The notes under the pieces were generated by a model. The model saw only the letters and a list, made by a program, of their open reading frames with translations. It was not told the origin of the DNA and made no database searches. From Scyliorhinus canicula (lineage: Eukaryota): a DNA stretch of 64,000 nucleotides. This document shows positions 51,250 through 63,972 of the stretch, piece after piece (the stretch's first letter is position 1; each line of letters opens with the position of its first letter). The stretch is from the NCBI RefSeq assembly GCF_902713615.1, contig NC_052159.1, positions 112,397,877 through 112,461,876 on the forward strand, read 5' to 3'. A program made the translations under genes and the position numbers.

Positions 51250-51791
51250 CCGACTACCTCCCTGACCCACCCTGATGACCCCTGACCACCTGACCAATTT
51301 CAATTACTAACTACTCAACTATCCTCCAACCCGAAGTATGAACCCCGAACACCCAATTACCATCCTATGAACCCGCAGCCCCCAAACATCTAACTGGCCA
51401 CCAATCATTAGGGTAACTTTCCTGATCACCCCAATTAACTCCAGGAGGCCCCTCAACCTGCCCAACCGCCAGACATCCCCCCCTCACACCCCCCCCCCCC
51501 CCGCCCACCCTCCCGGCGCCCCCACTATCCTCACAACCCTTCATATCGATTACCCAGCAACATGTCTCTCTCTAAACCCTCACCCACTTACCTGCCACCT
51601 GACCCGCTCACTTGACATGCACACTTACCTTCTCTCTTTTGCTTCTCAAAGTGGCTTTGGGATCTTTGAACCCGCTACTGAGCGTATACAGCACCTAGTG
51701 CTTTAAAATGGGGGAGGCATCTATAAAGATTTTCTGCATTGCTCCCTATGAGGATTTCTGCAGTGCCTATGTGTAGGAAGGACCCTCCATT

Positions 51792-52120
51792 GGTGGCATG
51801 GTGGCACAGTGGTTAGCTCTGCTACCTCACAGTTCTAGGGTCCGGTTCAGTTCCGGCCTCTTGTGACTGTGTGGAGTTTGCACTTTCTCCCCGTGTCTGC
51901 GTGGATTTCATCCGGGTGCTCCGGGTTCCTCTCACAATCAAATGATGTGCAGGTTAGGTGGTTTGATCACGCTAAATTACCCTTAGTGTCCAAAAGGTTA
52001 GGTGGGATTACTGGGTGATAGGGATAGGGCTGAAGCCTGGGGTGCTCTTTCCAGGTACCAGTGCAGACTCGATCGGCCGAATGGCCTCCTTCTGCACCGT
52101 AAATTCTATGATTCTATGAT
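51792..52120 (+). mobile_element. HE1/V-SINE-like SINE
   Basis: Degenerate head, core domain, (TTCTATGA)n tail. Confidence 0.85.
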
Positions 52121-52485
52121 CAGAAGCTGGACCCTAGAAGTCCTCGGAAACTAAATAGGAATGTTTTTGTGTCACTTAGGTTGGAAATAGTGATTCTGAC
52201 CCAGGTTGGAACTGGGCCAACGATCTTATGCACATTTATTGCCCCCAGCAGGGCCTTTAGCAGGTCATATAAGTAAGAGAGAGGGAGTGGCCCTGGCACA
52301 CTTGGGCCCTTCCTGCCCACAGCCTTATGCTCTTTTGTGAATCAACGGCCTCAGCAATGCCTGCTGGTCTCCTTTTCAACCGGACCTGTTTCTCACTTCG
52401 TCCCACCTCCTTTCTGGGAAGCAAACAGAACTCCTGTTTAATTAAGCAGTTGGACAACAAAATCCCTGCACAGGCGCATTTCCAT

Positions 52486-53092
52486 TGTTATGGGCCAGGG
52501 TTTAGAAAACTCCAAAGTATATCATGGAGTTCACCTGACCTACAACTGTTTATTCATTTTGGTTATGAGGAGCACAAGAGCCTACTTTTCAGATGTTATT
52601 TTAACAGAGTCCTTAAGCACTTTTAAACAAAACAAAGTTTATTCTAAAAATTCAGTTAACGTTTTATAAACACACCCAGTAAGCATTTTTGTCAACTACA
52701 AACATAAATTCCCCACACAGTCTTTAGTACTCTATATTTAACCCTTAATAAATTCCCTTTACAGTTTCAATTTGATAACAACATCCAATACCAGACAAAC
52801 CCTTTTTTACCAAAACAGTAGGTATGAATTCTTTACAGAAAGCAGTTATCACTTTTAAATTATCAAGTGATCTGGACACTTTTTAACATGCAGATAGACA
52901 CACACCCAAGACTTCTCTGTCTCTATCCAGCTTCCAAAAGTCTAAACTGAAAGTAAAACTCAGAGCCACAGCCCAGCTCCCAGCTCAAAACGAAAGTAAG
53001 AACCACAGCTGCAGCCCAGCTCCACCCACACAATGACATCACTGAAGCCATTTGATAAGGCACACATTTCTTAAAGGCACATTCCCATGACA
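52486..53092 (-). mobile_element. Solo LTR with 4-bp TSD
   Basis: TGTTAT...ATGACA termini flanked by CCAT on both sides. Confidence 0.8.
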
Positions 53093-53726
53093 CCATGCAG
53101 TGCGGGATTGGGAACCATACTTTATCGCAATGCTGGGGTTCCAATCCTGGAATTGAAATCCGGTCCAGTGTGTGCGGCATCATCATTTTACAAGCGAGGT
53201 GTTCACCTTTTATCCTAATGTGTATCTTATCCCCTTGTCCATAGATTATAGTTTGTTCCACTGTGATTGCAGCCTCAGCGTTTTATTTAGTTATCGCAAT
53301 GAAGATATAATTTCATGGCGGTTCATTTTAGATCAGACCAGGATATTAAAACATTTTCTGTCACAGTGCTTTTTTTCATTTCCCCACATCAGATTTTTCT
53401 CTCCAGTTGTAGATCGCTCCATGGAACTCTGCCATCTTCTATTTCATGCCTGAAAAGACAGGCAGATAGATTGTTTCCTGTTCTGCGCCAATGTCTTTCC
53501 TGATTCGGTGCTCAGGAAGTCCATGAGAGCAGATTCACTGATTATTTGCTCAGTTTTTTTTCTCCTGGTGTGAATTTTCTGTCCTCAAGAAAAATACAAG
53601 AGCAAAATATTACAGATGCTGAAACTTGAAATACAAATACCATCTGCTGGAAACATTAAACAGGTCTTCAGGACCCAACATCGAGTTCAAGAATTTACAT
53701 AGAAAGATATGAATGATATAAATTGT

Positions 53727-54072
53727 GGGCAGCACGGTAGCATGGTGGTTAGCATCAATGCTTCACAGCTCCAGGGTCCCAGGTTCGATTCCCGGCTGGG
53801 TCACTGTCTGTGCGGAGTCTGCACATCCTCCCCGTGTGAGCGTGGGTTTCCTCCGGGTGCTCCGGTTTCCTCCCACAGTCCAAAGATGTGCGGGTTAGGT
53901 GGATTGGCCAGGCTAAATTGCCCTTAGTGTCCTAAAAAATAATGTTAATGGGGGTTGTTGGGTTACTGGTATAGGGTGGATACGTGGGCTTGAGTAGGGT
54001 GATCATTGCTCAGCACAACATTGAGGGCCGAAGGGCCTGTTCTGTGCTGTACTGTTCTAATTCTAATTCTAA
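53727..54072 (+). mobile_element. HE1/V-SINE-like SINE
   Basis: Close match to 4583-4931 in the opposite orientation. Confidence 0.9.
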
Positions 54073-54377
54073 TGAGCAGAAGTAATTCCCTCCTCCCTTC
54101 CAGATTGTGGCTAATCTGATTGTAACCTCAACCCCACATGCCCACCTCCCCTCGATAATCTTTCAGCCCCTTGCTTATCAAGAATCCAACTATCTTTATC
54201 TTAAAAATATTCAAAGAATTTCAGACAATAATCACTGCTCCCGTTCTTTGCACACAGCAAGCACTGGTATAAATGTTGCTGTTGTCACTTACATCTCCAT
54301 TCAACCCACATTTTGTTTCTTTACTTATTCCATTTTATAGTTCTACTGAAAGGTCACAGCCCTGAAACATTCCTTCT

Positions 54378-54552
54378 GGACGGAATTCTCCGGCCATTGG
54401 GATTCTCTGTTCTTGTCGGCAGAGCCCGTATGTATCCCAGCTATGTCATCAGTGGGAAATCCCATTGATAACGGCGGGAACAGGGAATCCTGCCACCAGT
54501 GAACGGCGCGTCGCTGTGAAATATGTGGTTGGGGGACTGGGGAATCCAGCCT
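54378..54552. mobile_element. Short Harbinger-type MITE with TCT TSD
   Basis: GGACGGAATTCTCC...GGGGAATCCAGCCT flanked by TCT. Confidence 0.7.
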
Positions 54553-54696
54553 TCTGTTTCTTTCTCCACAGCAACCTTCTGACCTCCTGAGCATTTCTAC
54601 TTTCTATATATATTTGCTCCAATGGTGCACATGTTCTGTGAGGGAACCAGCAAAGAACAAATGAAATTTCCCCATTTAGAACTTAGAGTATTTTTT

Positions 54697-55042
54697 CATA
54701 GAATTTACAGCGCAGAAGGAGGCCATTCAGCCCATCGAGTCTGCACCGGCTCTTGGAAAGAGCACCCTTCCCAACCACGCACATCCGCTCTATCCTCATA
54801 ACCCAGTAGCCCCACCCAACACTAAGAGCAATTTTGGACACTAAGGGCAATTTAGCATGGCCAATCCACCTAACCTGCACATCTTTGGACTGTGGGAGGA
54901 AACAAGAGCAGCCGGAGGAAACCCACACAGACACGGGAAGAACGTGCAGACTCCGCACAGACAGTGACCCAAGCCGGGAATCGAACCTGGGACCCTGGAG
55001 CTGTGAAGCAATTGTGCTAACCACTATGCGACTGTGCTGCCC
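54697..55042 (-). mobile_element. HE1/V-SINE-like SINE
   Basis: Complete head, core and tail on -. Confidence 0.9.
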
Positions 55043-55219
55043 TGTTCTGTACTGACTGATTGTGGAAAGGAGCTTGTTTTGACATTTGGTTGTACCAAAT
55101 GCTGCTCTGCATTATCAGGACAGAGAAGGCAAATGATGAGATGGTGGAGATAAAGGATATTGTGAGAAATATGAATTTGTGCTGTGATGTACCACAATAG
55201 AATTACTTGGGGTAAGGTT

Positions 55220-57600
55220 TCCACTTCAGGCAATCAGGTCAGCTTCGATGGTGTGAGGGCCAACCCTGTCCTGGGTTCCTGGCCTTCGACGCTCCTTGCT
55301 TCCCTATGGTGCAGTGCAAGACTTTGACACAAAGGCAGATCTCTCCCTCAGGATCACTAGTAGCCTCACTTTCCCACCAGAGGCAGGTTTCTGGCATCTC
55401 CAGCGCTCCCTTCTCCCAGTCGGTGCCCGTGGAGCCCTAAGGGTCACCTTGGGATGGAGGGGCAGCTGGAGTGAGCTCCAGAGGCTCTGGTGTCATCTGG
55501 CTCTGCCAGCCCTGCCAGCTCCCCATTGTCTGCATCATGGTGTTGACTCACTCAGAGATACCCCCTGTGACTGGCCACATTCTGCAGTGCCTCACCAATG
55601 TCGACCTGTGTCTGGGACGCATTCTTCAGTGACTGGGGCATGCTCTGGAGTGCATTGACAATGCTTATCTGAGACTGGGACATGTTCCGCAGCAGCTGAG
55701 GAAGTTCCACCTGTGTCAGGGACATGTCCCGCAGCCACTGGGGCATAGTGTCGAGGTCACTGACTTAGCCATGCCTTGGACACCACCATTCATGGTGCTG
55801 CAGGCTTTCCACTGCAGTCGCCACCTAACATGCCTCGGTTCCACACATTGCCAGCGCCATCTCCTGCACATGTAGCTTTTGGGACTCCTCCAAACAACTA
55901 TGGACCTGCTGGAGTGTTGCTGACATCCCCCTCTGAATCTCAGGGCTGCATCCTAGCATCTGCATGAGCTCCGGAATAACCTTGTCCAGAGGTTCGGCAT
56001 CGGACTGGGACCCAGCCTAATTCTGGAATCCAGCAGACGTCCGACTGCTGTACTCCCTGGATGTCTCTGCCTCTACCTGATGTGCATCAGAAACTGTGTG
56101 GTGGTCACCAGATGGTGCCCCAGAAAGCTGGCCACGACTTGCTGTGCAGAGTCTGCACGTCCTCCCCGTGTCTGTGGGGCTTCCTCCGGGTGCTCCGGTT
56201 TCCTCCCACAGTCCAAAGATGTGCGGGTTAGATGGACTGGCCATGATAAATTACCCTTCGTGTCCAAAAAGGTTGCGTGGGGTTACTGGGTTACAGGGAT
56301 ATGGCGTAGGTGTGGGCTTAAGTATGGTGCTCTTTCCAAGGGCCAATGCAGATTCGATGGGCTGAATAGCCTTCATCTGGACTGTAAATTCTTTGATTCT
56401 ATACTTTCGCACACTGAGGTGTGTGTGTGTCTCTGTGCTGGTTGAGGGTGGGGATGACAGGTGTGACGCCTCATGGTGGCATCCGCAGAGCTCACCTCTG
56501 AGGTGTTCTCTTGGAAGGCAGGGGCCAGAGGCAGGGAGCCACCCCGATGGATCGGCATCATAAGATGGAGATCCTGCAGGAGAATGTATATGTGATCAGT
56601 GAGAGGGAGCGAACATCATGTCTGGCATACAAAACACGTGTGACAGGTCCTCTGGGTGGGGCTGATGATTCTCCACCTCTGTGGCGCAGGCCAAGCTTGA
56701 CATCGGTGACTGCTCTGTCCTCGGTCACTCCCGCCATCTCCAGGACCCGTTCCTCGTAGGGGGAGAGGACTCTGATGTCCGGCACCCTTTTCCACTTTTC
56801 TATCTGCTATGGGCCAACTTCTCCAGCAGGGGCAAAGGGAGGGCATTGTGTGCCGCGCCCGTCATGCATCGCCGGGGAGGCAGTATGGCAGGGGACAGGT
56901 GTGGGCACTGCCCCTGGGCATGGGTGTAGTGTACTGGTGGGTGCCAGAGTGTGCTAGCGCATAAAAGAGTGGTATTGTACTGGGGGGAGGGCTGATGCGG
57001 TGCCACCCGCTGGGTCCTCGGGCGGGGTGCGGCATGGGCTGGCAGATGAGACTGGTGCCAGGGGGCTGATGCCAACTCATTCATGTGGCCAGGTGGAGCT
57101 TGTTGAGTTTCTTGCAGCACTCTGTGGTGGTCTTCCTGCTCACATTCCCCAAACATATGGGCACTGCCACCAACTCCCAGCCAGCACTGGCTGATCTGTG
57201 GCTGACCCTCAGACCCCCTTGGTGAAACAGGGTGTCCCATTTGGACTCAACTGCATCCAACAATCTGGTAGGTCGGCATCTCCGAATCGTTGAGCGGATC
57301 TGTGCAGTGGTATGGCTGCATGCTGTCTGAGGTTTACTCTGCAGAATCATTTTAAGAGCTCCTCCTCCTTGTTAGCGAGGAGCTACCAGGCGCCGTCCAG
57401 GCAATTCAGCTGACGGGACAGCCATTTCCAGTCCTAATTGGCGTTTGATACCAGTGATGCTCTCGCTAGATCAACAGTTGGGAAGTACCCTGCAATTGCC
57501 GCTGGCTACCACAGTGAGAAACATTTCCGTTAGATCGCCCCATGGTTTTGGTGACCGTGGGGTTGGTTCTTGCGATGCATGGCATGGTTTAACAGATTTC
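55220..57600 (-). mobile_element. Degenerate Harbinger, Myb/SANT ORF side
   Basis: RLLDAVESKWDTLF...GWELVA...TECCKKLNKL (57081-57350), PDIRVLSPYEERVLEMAG, heptad-rich region 55552-55746; partial SINE at 56142-56402. Confidence 0.75.
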
Positions 57601-58272
57601 CCATTGAGTATGCAAGCTAGGCAGTTTCCAATGAACTTTTCAAGTGTAGATATTTTGTTGGTTACTGGACTGTTTCACAGGGTTGTTTGTTCATCTTAAC
57701 AACATCTAGATGTTCATTATGGGTTAAGTGCAATGCGTGCTGTCGTGCTTCTCGGATGATTGCTCGAGTCCCAAATGTGACACAGTTGGCATCAAACAAT
57801 GCAAATTAATTGGGTCGTCTGTGGTATAGGGCCAATTCTTCCTCTTTTTCGTGAGGCAAATTCCATTTTTAGGTCCTGGCTTACTTTCTGCAAGGTCCTG
57901 TCTGTTCCTGATGCTGCCTTCAACTCCTTTTGTGTGACAAGATTTGTGATCAGACGTGAACTCATTGTGTTCATGGAGTCTTTGTTGTTGCAAGTCATAT
58001 CGCTGTTGCTAACATTGTTTGCAATTGTACATGGCCAAGCATGTAACCTATTGGCTGAATGAAACAGCAAGATACTTGATTTGAAAGTTGTAGTGATGAA
58101 GATGATCTGACTATCTGTAGATGTGTAGAGGTCGATGACCAGATCCCAAAAACAATGTAGTCAGCACTTGGGTTATCGGTGCAGAGAGTAAACTTTCTAC
58201 CATGCAGACACATATGCCAATGCTCACAAGTACAGCCACAGGCTAGTGTTCCTACTCTCCAATAGTATATTC

Positions 58273-58613
58273 ATAGAATTTACAGTGCAGAAGGAGGCCA
58301 TTCGGCCCATCGGGTCTGTACCGGCTCTTGGAAAGAGCACCCTACCCACGGTCAATACCTCCACCCTATCCCCATAACCCAGTAACCCCACCCAACACTA
58401 AGGGCAATTTTGGACACTGAGGGCAATTTAGCATGGCAAATCCACCTAACCTGCACCTCTTTGGACTGTGGGAGGAAACCGGAGCACCCGGAGGAAACCC
58501 ACGCACACACGGGGAGGATGTGCAGACTCCGCACAATGACCCAAGCCGGAATCGAACCTGGGACCCTGGAGCTGTGAAGCGTTTGTGCTATCCACAATGC
58601 TACCGTGCTGCCC
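58273..58613 (-). mobile_element. HE1/V-SINE-like SINE
   Basis: Complete head, core and tail on -. Confidence 0.9.
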
Positions 58614-58615
58614 AC

Positions 58616-58872
58616 AAATGAAATGAAAATCGCTTATTGTCACGAGTAGGCTTCAAATGAAGTTACTGTGAAAAGTCCCTATTCACCACATTCCGGCGCC
58701 TGTTCGGGGAGGCTGTTTCGGGAATCGAACCGTGCTGTTGGCCTGCTTGGTCTGCTTTCAAAGCCAGCGATTTAGCCCTGTGCTAAACCAGCCCCTCTAT
58801 AGGGGCTGGTTTAGCACACTGGGCTAAATAGCTGGCTTTTAAACCAGACCAAGCAGGCCAACAGCATGGTTT
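58616..58872. mobile_element. Two short SINEs head-to-head (full copy on -, 5' part on +)
   Basis: ...GCTAAACCAGCCCCT-CTAT-AGGGGCTGGTTTAGC... Confidence 0.85.
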
Positions 58873-60629
58873 CATTTTGCATTGCATTTTGCAATTCAAG
58901 TGATTGGTTGTTCATTTTCTTCAATGTGCTGAGGGTACAGCTCCAATTGGTTTCCTCGGGTAGGTTGAGAATCCCCTCAATGTCTGACAAGAATGATGAA
59001 ACTATCTTCTGGAATGTGCCAGCTATTGAGCTCAGTCCACATGTGGTACAGAAGCATATTATTGTGAGTAACAAAAGCTGTGAGATATCAGCTTTTCTCC
59101 GCTAGTGTAATTTGAAGATAGTTCTATCACATATCCTGCTTTGAAAGAACTGTGGATTCATGGAATGATGCAGATTAGCTTTGTTGACTGCCTTGAGGCC
59201 GACTCATTGTCCATGTTTGCCATTTATAAGTCGCACAATGCTTATGTTTGATATCTACGGTGATGAGTTGATTTGCTCAATGATACCATCTGTCTCAAGT
59301 TGTTACAGTTCCTGCGGATTGCAGATGGCACTCAACTTAAATTTTGCGAAATTGACTGACTTGATATGTCCATGTGAGCAGAATGACAATAACCCTCAAT
59401 GACTTCAAATTTGGTAAATAATGAAGGTTATTGTGGTGTACAATCAGTGTTATTGATCACGATGTGTGCCTCAGTTGGGTCTTCAAGTTTGAAGTCAAGC
59501 ATATTTTTGTGAGGGCACGAAGAGTCCAGCACGAGGTTGTTGAGTCAAACAGAAAGTTTTATTTACAAGACTATTTACACAGCACCAATAGCTCACTACT
59601 GGTTCCCTCTCTAGTCGGGACCATACTGGCCAGCTCGGTATATACACTGAATGGTTAATGATTGCTCTGCTCCCTTACAGAGGAGCTTGTAATCCCCAAG
59701 ATTCAAGGGGTAATCAATTGTCCCCAGCCAATAGGATCCGGGCAAGTTACTACACATCATTCTGTCTTTGGCTACGTCCTGAAACTGTTATCATTCCCAA
59801 AACTGGAATAATCGAGTCATTGTGTCTGTCACAAGTTGTGGAAAATAATCATGGTAGCGTTTGGAGTTCAGTATGGATCATTTTACACCCACATTGATGA
59901 GGAGCACCTCAGAATACTAATCCTAAAAACAGCCAAAAATAAAAGAATATAAAAAATATATTTTGCAGGGAATTCCCTGAGCTATCCATTCAGGTGATGC
60001 ACTTAGAATAAATATAAATTAAGTAGATTACAGAACAGAAGTTTGATGTTGGCTAATTCACTGCCCTAAGAACAAATGAGCCATGTCATTCAACATGGTG
60101 TTGGATTTATTATTCAATTATTCATTGTTGAGATTAGTGAAATCTGCAGTGGTGGCATGGCATGCTTTAGTATTCCAGGGTTAGCACAGGGGAACGAAAA
60201 GCAGTCAGAATTCTAGACTTTTTCATTTCCAGTAGCCGTGACCAGATTTGAGGGGATTAAGGGTCATTGTGATGCTTCTCACATCCACAATTCAGCCAAT
60301 TTCACAAAATTTAAGATGGGTGCCATTTGCAATCCACACCAAAGTGTCACAGGAACTGAAACAACTTTAGGCAGATAATATCGTAGAGCAGTACAGCTCA
60401 TCACCGTAGATATCAAACCAAATTATTGTGCGTCATATAAATGACAAACGTGGGCTAGGAGTTGACCTTATGGCAGTCAACAAAGCTCACATTCCAGACA
60501 GGTATCTCCTTTCTATAATCCAAGATCTATCTGTATCATTCCATGACTCCACAGTCTTTACAAAGCAGGATATGCGATAGAGCTACCATTAGATACCATG
60601 AGTGGAGAAAAAACGGTAAAGGTAACAGA

Positions 60630-61130
60630 ACTTAGTCGACATTTCAGGCGAGGGAGGAATTACCATGAAAAAGAGAGATAGAGATAGGGAAGAGAGTGCA
60701 GCTAGGCAACAACTGAGCAACTCCATACTGGAGGTTGACAGACGGTACTCCAAGGCCACCACCGCAGAGCTTCTGGCGGAGAGGAAAAAGCAACAAATAG
60801 ACTTTAACTTGCGATCCACCAGGGAAGCGGTGTACCATCTCTGCCAGGTATGGGAGATCTTTTACGAGCATGGGGACAAGGCTGGCCGCCTGCTGGCTCA
60901 CCAGCTGAGAAAGCAGGCAGCCACGAGGGGAATAGTCCAGGTAAATGACAGCAGAGACGGACTGGTAGCCAAACCAAAAAAAGGTCAACAAAGCATTCGA
61001 GGCCTTCTACCAGAAACTGTTCGTCTCCGAGACCCCGATGGGGACACAAGAGGTGATCGTCTCCCTGGACAGAGAGAAGGCCTCCGGCAGTCGAGTGGAA
61101 GTACATCATTGAGGTACTAAAGCGATTTTG
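60630..61130 (+). mobile_element. L1-clade ORF2 fragment
   Basis: FYEHGDKAGRLLAHQLRKQ motif from the region between EN and RT in fish L1. Confidence 0.8.
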
Positions 61131-61141
61131 GCGAGGAACAG

Positions 61142-61530
61142 GGTGCAGGATTCTCCCTTCTGATGGCAGAGTGTTGACGCCTTCGTAAAAACCGGAGAGT
61201 TTAACGACGGGGTCATTGGGCCGCTAAGTGTAGTGATCCTCTGCCCTAAAGGGGGCCGGCACGGTGCTGGGGTGACTCACGCTGATCCAGCTACTGATAC
61301 AGGCATCAAACGTGTTCCACGGGTCTGCGTATCCGCGCTGCGATTTTCGCGAATGCGCTTTGCGAGCGGTGCGAACTCGCGCATGCACGGTAGCTTCCTT
61401 CTCCGCGCCGGTCCTGATGCAACGTGTCGTAGAGCTACAGGGGCCGGCGCGGAGTAAAAGAGGCCCCCACAGGAGAGGCTGGCCCACCGATCGGTAGGCC
61501 CCAATCGCGGGCCAGGCCACCTTTTCTCCA
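61142..61530. mobile_element. Harbinger-type MITE (truncated)
   Basis: Begins GGTGCAGGATTCTCC; GC-rich; homologous to parts of 62746-63389. Confidence 0.65.
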
Positions 61531-62745
61531 GGGCATAAATGCTTGTCATGAGGGGACATAATTTGATGGTGATTGGAGGAAGGTATAGGGGAGATGTCTT
61601 TTCACAGAGAGTGGTGGGTGTGTGGATGCCCTGCCAGCGGAGGTGGTGGAGTCAGAGTCTTTAGGGAAATTTAAGCGACTCTTAGACACACACATCCATT
61701 GGATTCAGGATTCAAGCATTTAATGCCCTGGAGAAAAGTCTCTGGCTATCCACTCTACCTATGCCTCTCCTCACCTTGTACACCTCTATCAAGTCACCTC
61801 TCTTCCTTCTTTGCTCTAGTGAGAAAAGTCCTAGCTTCCTCAACATTTCTTCATGCGACATGCCCTCCAGTCCAGGCAGCATCCTGGTCAATCTCCTCTG
61901 CACCCTCTCCAAAGCATCCTTCCTATAATGAGGCGACCAGAACTGGACACAATATTCCAAGTGTGGTCTAACCAGGGTTTTATAAAGGTGTAGCAAAACC
62001 TCACGGCTCTTAAACTCAATCTCCCTGTTAATGAAAGCCAACACACCATATGCCTTCTTAACAACCCTATCAACCTGGGTGGCAACTTTGAGAGATCTAT
62101 GTACATGGACCCCAAGATCCCTCTGTTCCTCCACACTTCCAAGAATCCTGCCTTTAACCCTGTATTCAGCATTCAAATTTGATCTTCCAAAATGAATCAT
62201 TTCACATTTATCGAGGTTTAACTCCATCTGTCACTTCTCAGCCCAGCTCTGCATCCTGTCAATGTCCTGTTGTAACCTGTAATAGCCCTCGACGCTATCT
62301 ACAACTCCACTAATCTTCATGTCATCAGTCAACTTACTAACCCATCCTTCCACTTCCTCATCCAAGTCATTTATGAAAACCACAAAGAGCAGAGGTCCCA
62401 GAACAGAGCCCTGGGGGACACCACTGGTCACTGACCTCCAGGCTGAATACTTTCCATCCACGACCACTCGCTGTCTTCTTTCGGCCAGCCAATTCTGTAT
62501 CCAGACAGCCAAATTTCCCTGTATCCCATGGCCCCTAACTTTCTGAATGAGCCGACCATGGGGAACCTTATCAAATGCCTTACTGAAATCCATATATATG
62601 CCACATCCACTGCCTAACCTTCATCAATGTGTCTCGTCACAAGCTCAAAGAATTCAATGAGGCTTGTGAGGCATGACATGCCCCTCACAAAGCCATGCTG
62701 ACTATCTTTAATCAAAATATGATTTTCTAAATAATCATAAATCCT

Positions 62746-63389
62746 GGGCGGGATTCTCCAAGCCTCCGGGCCAAAATCGCGCTCGACGCGGTGGTGGAGA
62801 ATGGGACCTCAGACCCACGATCGGGTCCGACGCCAGGAAGTGATTCTCCGGCGATCAGAGAATCGCCGCCAACCACGCGCGTTCGACTCGGCGCCGTTCG
62901 GGGGCTGTTGGAAGAGAACCCCGCAGCGATTCTCCGCGGTCGACCGGCCAAGTTCCCGCCATTGTGGTTCTAACATGGTTCCACCTAGCGGGAGCTCAGA
63001 CCCATGGCCGTGGTAGCCGTCCTGGTTGGGGGGGAGGATCAGAGTCCAGAGGGGGCTTCCACGATGGTCAGGCCCATGATCGGGGGCTACCGATGGATGG
63101 GCACGCGCGATCCATGGGGGCCTACCATCTACCACACCAGCCCGCTGTGTGGTTCCGCCATGTTGTGCGGGCCCGGCGTGGAAGTGGCTGCCGCGCGCAT
63201 GCGCAGACCCGCAGCCGGCAGTTCAGGGCCGCATCTTGGTGCCGGAGCTCCATTGAGCACTTCGGCGCTGTGCTAGACCCCTGTGGGCTTCAGAATCACT
63301 GGGCCAAGACGCCCATTGACGCCGGCATGAAACACTCCGGTGTTTACGCCGGCTTGAAAACTTGGCCGCGTTTTTGACGAATCCCGGCC
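62746..63389. mobile_element. Harbinger-type MITE with CCT TSD
   Basis: GGGCGGGATTCTCC...GACGAATCCCGGCC flanked by CCT; the CR1 sequence rejoins across it. Confidence 0.85.
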
Positions 63390-63619
63390 CCTATCTCTCA
63401 GAATCCTTTCCAGTATTTTGCTCACCACAGATGTAAGAATGACTGGTCTGTAATTCCCAGGGATTTTCCTATTCCCTTCCTTGAACAGGGGAACAACATT
63501 CGTCTCCCTCATCATCAATGGCGCAGCAATCTCCTCCCTCGCTTCCCGTATTAATCTTGGGTATATCTCGTCTGGCCCAGGGAACTTAGCTATCTTGATG
63601 CTTTTTCAAATTTCCAGCA

Positions 63620-63972
63620 CATAGAATTTATAGAATTTACAGTGCAGAAGGAGGCCATCCGGCCCATCGAGTCTGCACTGGCTCTTGGAAAGAGCACGCT
63701 ACCCAAGGTCAACACCTCCACCCTATCCCCATAACCCAGTATCCACACAACACTAAGGGCAATTTTGGACACTAAGGGCAATTTATTATGGCCAATCCAC
63801 CTAACCTGCACATCTTTGGACTGTGGGAGGAAACCGGAGCACCCGGAGGAAACCCACGCACACACGGGGAGGATGTGCAGACTCCACACAGACAATGACC
63901 CAAGCCGGAATCGAACCTGGGACCCTGGAGCTGTGAAACAATTGTGTTATCCACAATGCTACCGTGCTGCCC
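63620..63972 (-). mobile_element. HE1/V-SINE-like SINE
   Basis: Complete head, core and tail on -. Confidence 0.9.

Larger units (their letters stand above)
57700..59760 (-). mobile_element. Highly degraded Gypsy remnant with probable LTR (~59450-59757), split by SINEs
   Basis: CEHWHMCLHGRKFTLCTDN RNase H motif near 58190-58240; LTR-like segment with AATAAA on -. Confidence 0.5.

Noticed and set aside
53727-53800. tRNA genes at SINE heads
   Set aside because: A/B boxes are present, but they run into the SINE core and tail and do not form a convincing cloverleaf.
4583-63972. CRISPR-like or regularly spaced repeat array; recurring small ORFs such as MDTKGNL... and ...SQLQGPRFDS...
   Set aside because: These are irregularly dispersed SINE copies in both orientations. 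No constant repeat-spacer period and no cas genes; the DNA is eukaryotic.
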